Shown: positions 57,944-64,000 of the stretch, one piece after another | Layout: each line of letters starts with the position of its first letter | Position numbering within the stretch: position 1 is the first letter of the stretch | Source of the DNA: a virus | DNA length: 64,000 nt | Virus record (IMG/VR): IMGVR_UViG_3300037560_000207 | Span: 64,001 to 128,000 of that record | Direction: 5' to 3' (one strand) | Translations under genes and position numbers: made by a program | Notes under the pieces: model-generated | Databases searched by the model: none | What the model saw: only the letters and a program-made list of their open reading frames with translations | Told to the model about the DNA's origin: nothing

Positions 57944-58399
57944 ATGTTAACTCTTATGTGCGGACTCCCTGGGTCTGGTAAATCTACTTATTTAAAAAAT
58001 AGAATCTTACCTAGAGAAACAATAATTTTATGTTCCGATGACTTTCGATTAGTTCTCACCGGAAGATCATTTCATGAACCAGCGGAAGATTCTGTATGGT
58101 CACATGTAAAAATTGCAGCTAGAGTTTTATTAAAACAGAATTATCATGTAATTATTGATTGCACAAATTTAACTGTAGAAAGAAGGAAAAATTGGATAAA
58201 CCTTGCTGATGAAATCGGGGTTCATACATGTTGTTTGTGGCAGAATGTTCCCATATCGATTGCTATAGAAAGAAATAAAAATCGTTCAGAAGAAAAGGTA
58301 GTCCCTTCTGAAGCGATGAAACGAATGATAGATAATTTTGTTCCACCAATGAAAGAAGAAGGTTTCCTTTATATTAGAGAAAGAAAAATAAATGAGTAA
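57944..58399 (+). CDS. P-loop kinase (polynucleotide-kinase-like, AAA_33)
   Basis: GLPGSGKST; SDD.R; IIDCTN; RN..R. Confidence 0.8.
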   Translation: MLTLMCGLPGSGKSTYLKNRILPRETIILCSDDFRLVLTGRSFHEPAEDSVWSHVKIAARVLLKQNYHVIIDCTNLTVERRKNWINLADEIGVHTCCLWQNVPISIAIERNKNRSEEKVVPSEAMKRMIDNFVPPMKEEGFLYIRERKINE

Positions 58400-59345
58400 A
58401 ATTATTCAATCACATGCCTGGAGTGAATCAAGGGTCAAGACTCTCCGCGAATGTATGTGGAAATATCATCTTCAATATAATGTCGCTTGGGAAGGTTGGT
58501 TAGGTAGTGCTCCTCAAGAAAAGAGGAGGGCATATATGTTGAAGAACATGACTAATCTTCCTATGTGGATAGGCAATATTGTTCATAATATAATTGAAGA
58601 AATAATTACTGTTGGTCGCAATACTGGAGAATGGGCAACTTTAGAAGAGTCTCAGCACAATGCTATTCAAGCATTAAGAAAAGGTTGGAAACAATCTGTC
58701 GATAAAAGATGGCAGATTAGCCCTAAACAAAATATCAATCTTGCGGAACATTTTTATCAAGAAGAGATTGAACCAGATCGTTTAGCATCTTATAAACAAA
58801 AGGTTCTTAAATCACTCAAAGCATTCTATGAAATGCCTCTATTTAAGGTTTTACAGAATCTCAAAAAAGATGCATGGCTTACTCTTGAAGATTTTCAGAA
58901 GTTCCAATTAAATACAGGAGAAGAAGTTGCACTCAAAATCGACGTAGGATTTCGGTATAATAATAAAGTTTATCTTCTGGATTGGAAAACAGGTCAAGTA
59001 AGCGATAGCGTAATCGATCAACTAATAACATATAGTATGTATGCCCTGAAACAAGGATGGATAAAAAAGCCTGATGAAATAATCATCATACCAGTATATT
59101 TAGCGGCATATGCAGAGCTTGGGGAACAAGCAACACCACATCTTGAAGTTACAATGCACCATATAAATCGGCAAGCTGGAATTATAAAAAATGAATATCC
59201 GTTGTTAATTCAAGCTTTTCAACACAAAGATGATCCTTCATACTTTGAACATACCGATAACGAAAATGCTTGTAAAAGATGTTTCTTCAGAAATATGTGT
59301 AAAGGTGCAAAGACGGAAATAGAAAAAGGGGAAACACCATTTTAG
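58392..59345 (+). CDS. PD-(D/E)XK exonuclease (Cas4/AddB-like)
   Basis: WSES.......C; G...H; KID...LLDWKTG; C-terminal CKRC.F...C. Confidence 0.8.
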   Translation: MSKIIQSHAWSESRVKTLRECMWKYHLQYNVAWEGWLGSAPQEKRRAYMLKNMTNLPMWIGNIVHNIIEEIITVGRNTGEWATLEESQHNAIQALRKGWKQSVDKRWQISPKQNINLAEHFYQEEIEPDRLASYKQKVLKSLKAFYEMPLFKVLQNLKKDAWLTLEDFQKFQLNTGEEVALKIDVGFRYNNKVYLLDWKTGQVSDSVIDQLITYSMYALKQGWIKKPDEIIIIPVYLAAYAELGEQATPHLEVTMHHINRQAGIIKNEYPLLIQAFQHKDDPSYFEHTDNENACKRCFFRNMCKGAKTEIEKGETPF

Positions 59346-59353
59346 AAGCAACT

Positions 59354-59776
59354 TTGTATTTCGATGGAGGAATACGTAAAGGCTTAATGGCTTATGGTTG
59401 GTTATTGGTAGATTTAGAAGATGAAACAGAAGTAATTGCATCTGGCAATAGAACTTGTGGAACAGGAACTTCTAATATAGCAGAATATAGAGCCCTTATT
59501 GCTGGACTCAGAGGAAGTATAAAAGCTGGAATTGATATCATTCATATTATTGGAGATAGTCAATTGATTATCAAACAAGTAACCAGAGTATTTAAGGTAA
59601 AAAAACCAGAACTCAAAAAGCATCGAGATCGTGTACTTGAATTACTACAGCAATTTGAAATTTTTTCAATCAAATGGGTTCCAAGGCGAGAAAATAAACG
59701 AGCCGATGCTCTTGTTAATGAAGTATTTGAAAGGAAGAATAAAAAATGTTCCGAGCAGCAAAAGCAGCAATCGTAA
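59354..59776 (+). CDS. rnhA: ribonuclease HI
   Basis: FDGG; TSNIAEYRAL; GDSQL; WVPR..N.RAD.L. Confidence 0.9.
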   Translation: MYFDGGIRKGLMAYGWLLVDLEDETEVIASGNRTCGTGTSNIAEYRALIAGLRGSIKAGIDIIHIIGDSQLIIKQVTRVFKVKKPELKKHRDRVLELLQQFEIFSIKWVPRRENKRADALVNEVFERKNKKCSEQQKQQS

Positions 59777-60288
59777 CCATATTCTTTTGTGTCGTGCTAC
59801 AAGGTTGTGTAGCACCTGGAGCAATTAAAGCTGAGATTCAAGGCGTTCGCAATGATATGGGTCAACTTGAAAAAATAGTGGATCAAAAAGCTGATAATTC
59901 CGTAGTTGCTGAAAAGATAGATGAAGTTAATAATAATATCGAACAGGTTGCCCAGATTGCCGAAGAATTATCTCTCTGGCGTACAAACGTGAAAGCGAAA
60001 ACAATTAATTACGGGGGTGGAGGATGGATTGTACTTGGCACTGGTATTATAGTTTTAATTTTTGTGGGAGCTGGTTTTTTGTTCATTAGAGCGTTTATTA
60101 AACGTGGTAATTCTCTAAGTCTTTTAACTTGTGCCATTCAAAAAGTTGGAAAATATTCACCAGCATCCGTAACTAATATAAAAGCACAATTAAAGAAAGA
60201 AATACAAGAGGGACAATTTAAAGAAAAAGACAGGCAAAATTTGGGAAAATTTGCTAAAAAAATTGGAACTTTTACGGAACAAAAATAA
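59746..60288 (+). CDS. lipoprotein with coiled coil and a C-proximal TM helix
   Basis: VLQG-C lipobox; heptad region; WIVLGTGIIVLIFVGAGFLFI. Confidence 0.65.
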   Translation: MFRAAKAAIVTIFFCVVLQGCVAPGAIKAEIQGVRNDMGQLEKIVDQKADNSVVAEKIDEVNNNIEQVAQIAEELSLWRTNVKAKTINYGGGGWIVLGTGIIVLIFVGAGFLFIRAFIKRGNSLSLLTCAIQKVGKYSPASVTNIKAQLKKEIQEGQFKEKDRQNLGKFAKKIGTFTEQK

Positions 60289-60305
60289 GCTTTGAAGGTA
60301 TAATA
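60277..60305 (+). promoter_or_regulatory. promoter motif GAACAAA-N13-GGTATAATA
   Basis: Same spacing as the other copies. Confidence 0.65.
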
Positions 60306-60383
60306 GGTAGGAGATACAGTTATGTTTGAAAAACTATTGTGTATCTATCTAGAAAGAGACAAATAGCTTTCAAGGAGATTTAA

Positions 60384-60689
60384 ATGCCCCATTATGATTA
60401 CCTGTGCAAAGCTTGTGGTTACGAATTCGAAGCATTCCATGCAATGTCAGCGGAATCATTTATAGATTGTCCAAAATGCCATGAACCAAAACTTATTAAG
60501 TTAATTGGCATGGGATTAACACCTATTATTCGTAATACCAAAACTCCGTGTCATGGGGGTAGACAACTTGGAGATCGGTTAGGTAGGGGTAAAAATAAAA
60601 GTGAAAAACCATTTTGGAGAAATGGTTTAATTGATAAAAAAATACTGAAAAATCCAGATAAATATATCAAAAAAGGAAGGGTAGATTGA
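60384..60689 (+). CDS. FmdB-family zinc-ribbon protein
   Basis: MP.YDY.C..CG..FE.......CPKC. Confidence 0.75.
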   Translation: MPHYDYLCKACGYEFEAFHAMSAESFIDCPKCHEPKLIKLIGMGLTPIIRNTKTPCHGGRQLGDRLGRGKNKSEKPFWRNGLIDKKILKNPDKYIKKGRVD

Positions 60690-61027
60690 TGGATAAAACA
60701 GAATTACGAGTGAATCGAATAGACAGCGATGACAAATCGCTCAAAGGTTTACAAAACAATGGTCTTGTGAATTTTGAGTGTGCTGATTGTGGTAAACTTT
60801 TATTAGTATTACAATTAGTAGCTACGGTCGTAAAAGAATTTAACAAATCTGAAGTTCTAACACGAGTAGCGGTCAAATGTGGTTTATGCGGGGGTCGCTC
60901 CTACGTACAACAAATCCCAGGACAATTTTTTCCAGGGGCACCTAATGATCAAATGGTATTTGATATTTCAGATGATGATATTAATACTCCAGAAGTCGAT
61001 GTTCTATTCAAGGCGTGGAGCAAATGA
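60686..61027 (+). CDS. zinc-binding hypothetical protein
   Basis: CADCG...CGLCG. Confidence 0.55.
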   Translation: MMDKTELRVNRIDSDDKSLKGLQNNGLVNFECADCGKLLLVLQLVATVVKEFNKSEVLTRVAVKCGLCGGRSYVQQIPGQFFPGAPNDQMVFDISDDDINTPEVDVLFKAWSK

Positions 61028-61335
61028 AAATAATTGTTGTTGATATAAATGGAACACCCCATGAAATATCCGAGGGAAAAAAATCGAGCTTTGATATTTT
61101 AGCAAAATGGTCTGGTAATAGATATCTTGTTCTTACCTCCAATGATGGTGATTTATTTAATCCTTTGGTCATGAATGGTGGTATACGTAAACGAGATAGG
61201 GAACGTGGTGGAATGTTTTGGAAATTAAGAACATGTAGTCAAGAGTGTTATCAACAATATACCATTTTTCTGCGAAGCAGACATCAAACACCATATCTCT
61301 TGGCGCAAAGGAGATTTCGAAATGACTTTCGATAA
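61024..61335 (+). CDS. hypothetical protein
   Basis: GGAG RBS before MKIIVVD. Confidence 0.55.
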   Translation: MKIIVVDINGTPHEISEGKKSSFDILAKWSGNRYLVLTSNDGDLFNPLVMNGGIRKRDRERGGMFWKLRTCSQECYQQYTIFLRSRHQTPYLLAQRRFRNDFR

Positions 61336-61699
61336 ATTCAAAAAAGATTTTATTACTTTTTTAGAAAACTCAACCGTTAATTTGGGACGCAAGACAGCAA
61401 AAACACGGAATGAGTTTATTAAAACTGCAATAGCGAAGTTTGATGCTTTTGCATCTAGTCGTATTAAACCGAGAGAGGTTTTTGTGGTTGATGAAAAGAA
61501 AAAAGAAGAAAAGGTAAGTAACCCAATGGATGATCGTGTTGTTCGTATTAAACCGAAGGATCGTAATAAAGCATTGGATGTCGGCAAAGGTGTTCATGCT
61601 ATGAGTGGTAGCGAATCAATGCGAGCAGATGAACAATTAGATCGTAGTCCTTTTGGGGCTAAAACGGCAAAGAAAGTAGGGGAGCAAAAAGATGAGTGA
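61322..61699 (+). CDS. hypothetical protein
   Basis: AAGGAG RBS. Confidence 0.55.
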   Translation: MTFDKFKKDFITFLENSTVNLGRKTAKTRNEFIKTAIAKFDAFASSRIKPREVFVVDEKKKEEKVSNPMDDRVVRIKPKDRNKALDVGKGVHAMSGSESMRADEQLDRSPFGAKTAKKVGEQKDE

Positions 61700-62117
61700 A
61701 ACTGTGAATGATTTAACTTTAGCATTTAATGTTACAGATAAGACACCACCAGTACGGTTTTTGGCAGCATTATCCGATGGTAGAACCGTTATTCACGATA
61801 TTCAATCTGGCAAAAGACATACTTGGGCTCGATTGGCCGAATGGTTAAAGAGTAATCCTGATGTTTCAATTACTGGTCTACGGCTTCAAGGACCAAAGGG
61901 CATTGATATTAAAACGCCTGCGAATCAAAAGGGGTATTTTTTCGGTCAAAAGCAACATGCCATTTGGGGTGGTCCACAACATAATTATATTGGAATCGGA
62001 TATTATGATGGACAAAAAATTAATGTGATTTGGCATAAGCAACCGCTATTTGATCATTCATTCACCGAAGAAAGAACAGTAGCGAACGCAGGTTTCTTTT
62101 TGATTCAAAATACTTAA
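61692..62117 (+). CDS. hypothetical protein
   Basis: GGGAG RBS; overlap with the previous gene. Confidence 0.55.
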   Translation: MSETVNDLTLAFNVTDKTPPVRFLAALSDGRTVIHDIQSGKRHTWARLAEWLKSNPDVSITGLRLQGPKGIDIKTPANQKGYFFGQKQHAIWGGPQHNYIGIGYYDGQKINVIWHKQPLFDHSFTEERTVANAGFFLIQNT

Positions 62118-62596
62118 TGGCAAAACATCAATTACAAAGTGAAACATATCCATATGCATCTCCAACTACTCCGGGGCTATATGTTACATTTCGTGCTTAT
62201 ATTATAGAACTCATTTGCTTGAATATAAACCCAAAGCTTGGTCCTCGTTTTTGGGCAGACCCGAAGAAATGGGGACCAAAATTTCGGCAAGAAGTGAAAG
62301 GTGTATATAACGTAGCACAACAACTGGACATAACCGATACTTTAATACAAACAGCTTTAGTCCAAATTATTAAAAATCATAATATCAAATCACTAACCTA
62401 TAAAACTGTTGCACAAAGAGTAGTTAGAAGTGTTAAAAAAAGAAAAGCTGATTTAGAAGAACAGCGAATTAGATTCGGTAGAAAACAACTTCCACAAGCA
62501 ATCGATGTGAAGAAAAATTCCACTTTTGTTGATGCAGAAGAGAAAAGCGCATTGGGAAAAATAAGGGAAGTAGAAAATGGCCAAAAGAAAGTCTAA
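62117..62596 (+). CDS. hypothetical protein
   Basis: TAATG overlap. Confidence 0.55.
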   Translation: MAKHQLQSETYPYASPTTPGLYVTFRAYIIELICLNINPKLGPRFWADPKKWGPKFRQEVKGVYNVAQQLDITDTLIQTALVQIIKNHNIKSLTYKTVAQRVVRSVKKRKADLEEQRIRFGRKQLPQAIDVKKNSTFVDAEEKSALGKIREVENGQKKV

Positions 62597-63632
62597 AATA
62601 GAAAATGAATCCTTTGAAAAATTCCTTGTTCGAATATATGGTGAAGGAATTATTGCTACCGCCGACAAAGCTCTTGCTCCACGAGAGAGAAACATTCTAA
62701 ACACACCATTATCTTTAGATATTGCATTGGGGGGAGGAATTCCTTTTGGCACAATATGCCTTATTACAGGCAAAGCCAAGACTGGGAAGACGACCGTTTG
62801 TCTTGAATTACTCAAAAATGCCCAACTATTAGATTGTCCAACCTTTTACATTAACATTGAGAAAAGATGTACTCATGCTTTATTGACTACTATTCAGGGA
62901 TTAGATTGCACTAAGCTTCAAGTCATTCCTAATCAAATTGATAAGCCACTTACAGCAGAAGATTATCTTAATATCATAGAACGTATTGCTAAAACTCAAA
63001 AGAGGGCTGTTGTTGTAATAGATAGCATAGCTGCATTATCTACTATAACAGAGCAAGAAAATCAGATTGGATCAAATAAGGATATGGCTGGTCCAGCCAA
63101 ACTTCTAGCAGCATTTTTCCGACGTGCGCAACAGATTGTAGATTCTCAAGATGTAATCTTAATCTTCATTTCGCAGATGATGACTAGCCGGGAACCGCGT
63201 GGACCAAAATATATCGAAAAGGGTGGAGTAGCGATACAATATGCTTGTTCAGTCTGGCTGAAATGCACTTGGATTCAACAGTGGGACCGAAATCCTGAAA
63301 CGAATGCACCAGATGGTCACGACATGCACATAACTATCCAATCCTCTGCACTAGGAAGGCCATTCCTTCCCTGTGTTTTACCTCTTCGATATGGTATCGG
63401 AATTGATACAGTAAGAGATGTTGTAACTATAGCAGAAAATTTAGGACTAATTGAAAAAGCTGGCGCATGGTATAGTATCCCGATGTTTACCAATGAAAAT
63501 AATCCACCAAAATTTCAAGGGCTTACTAGATTATCTAATTTTCTCAGAGAAAATCCTGATAAACTAAAACAATTAGAAGTTGAAATAAGGAACATTGTGT
63601 TACCCCAGGAGACAAAAAATGTTGAGAACTAG
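62577..63632 (+). CDS. recA: RecA/UvsX-like recombinase
   Basis: SLDIALGGGIP; GKAKTGKTT; INIE; VVIDSIAAL; FISQ; GG.A..YA. Confidence 0.88.
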   Translation: MAKRKSKIENESFEKFLVRIYGEGIIATADKALAPRERNILNTPLSLDIALGGGIPFGTICLITGKAKTGKTTVCLELLKNAQLLDCPTFYINIEKRCTHALLTTIQGLDCTKLQVIPNQIDKPLTAEDYLNIIERIAKTQKRAVVVIDSIAALSTITEQENQIGSNKDMAGPAKLLAAFFRRAQQIVDSQDVILIFISQMMTSREPRGPKYIEKGGVAIQYACSVWLKCTWIQQWDRNPETNAPDGHDMHITIQSSALGRPFLPCVLPLRYGIGIDTVRDVVTIAENLGLIEKAGAWYSIPMFTNENNPPKFQGLTRLSNFLRENPDKLKQLEVEIRNIVLPQETKNVEN

Positions 63633-64000
63633 AATATGTTGGGATGACTATTTTATGATACAAGCTCTTTGGGTTAAAGTACGCAGCCCGGATGGTAGTA
63701 CACAATGTGGTTGTGTCATAGTAGATAAACGCGGTCGTTTAATTGGTCAAGGATATAATGGATATCCAAGAAACATAGATGATAATAAAATGCCTCAAAC
63801 ACGACCGGAAAAATATCCACCCATATTACATTCTGAGGAAAATGCAATATTGAATTCTACTGGAGATTTAGAAGGTGCTACTATATATGTTACAGGACCA
63901 CCATGTATTCATTGTTGGGCTCATATTATTCAAAAGGGAATAAAACGAGTTGTATACGGACCAGTTACGACATCACCAAGCGGATTATATGCAAATGCAC
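63619..64000 (+). CDS. dCMP deaminase (runs off the window; not in ORF track)
   Basis: Manual translation MLRTRICWDDYFM...RSPD..TQCGCVIV...GYNG...HSEENAI...PCIHC. Confidence 0.88.
   Translation, partial: MLRTRICWDDYFMIQALWVKVRSPDGSTQCGCVIVDKRGRLIGQGYNGYPRNIDDNKMPQTRPEKYPPILHSEENAILNSTGDLEGATIYVTGPPCIHCWAHIIQKGIKRVVYGPVTTSPSGLYANA

Noticed and set aside
58392-59345. Cas4 as part of a CRISPR-Cas locus
   Set aside because: No cas genes or array. Stand-alone PD-(D/E)XK exonucleases are routine in phage replication regions.
428-62815. Most minus-strand and nested ORFs in the track
   Set aside because: They are shadows of better-supported + strand genes, without RBS or recognisable motifs. Only 17611-18333 and 22658-22894 were kept.
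1-64000. Alternative genetic code (stop-codon reassignment)
   Set aside because: Long conserved genes are intact under code 11, and TAA, TAG and TGA all end well-supported genes, often with ATGA overlaps. Only one isolated in-frame TGA was seen.
1-64000. CRISPR array or rRNA genes
   Set aside because: No regularly spaced repeats and no rRNA-like sequence found by eye.

Overview
The window reads as part of a large bacteriophage or phage-like genome. It uses bacterial Shine-Dalgarno sites, TATAAT promoters and the standard code, and almost all genes are on the + strand. No virion structural genes are in the window, so phage identity is inferred from gene content. Bases 1-42,000 are mostly small accessory genes. 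Bases 42,500-64,000 carry replication, nucleotide-metabolism and proteolysis genes (thyX, intein-containing class II RNR, dCMP deaminase, RNase H, RecA-like, Xer-like recombinase, ClpP, sigma-70-like factor). Two features stand out. The first is an apparently complete ubiquitin-like conjugation set (Ubl, E2 with a long Cys-rich tail, JAB, E1/ThiF; 15.4-20.0 kb), with dispersed Ycf46-type AAA, DUF3150-like, DUF1257 and DUF2997 genes. The second is a secreted tetraheme cytochrome c resembling the Geobacter nanowire protein OmcE. Also present are a def-map pair, an orphan BrxL, a candidate histone-fold protein, an HNH-IMPDH/GMPR fusion, seven related HNH genes, one tRNA-Glu and a recurrent promoter motif. 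Family calls come from motif recognition and recall, not database searches.
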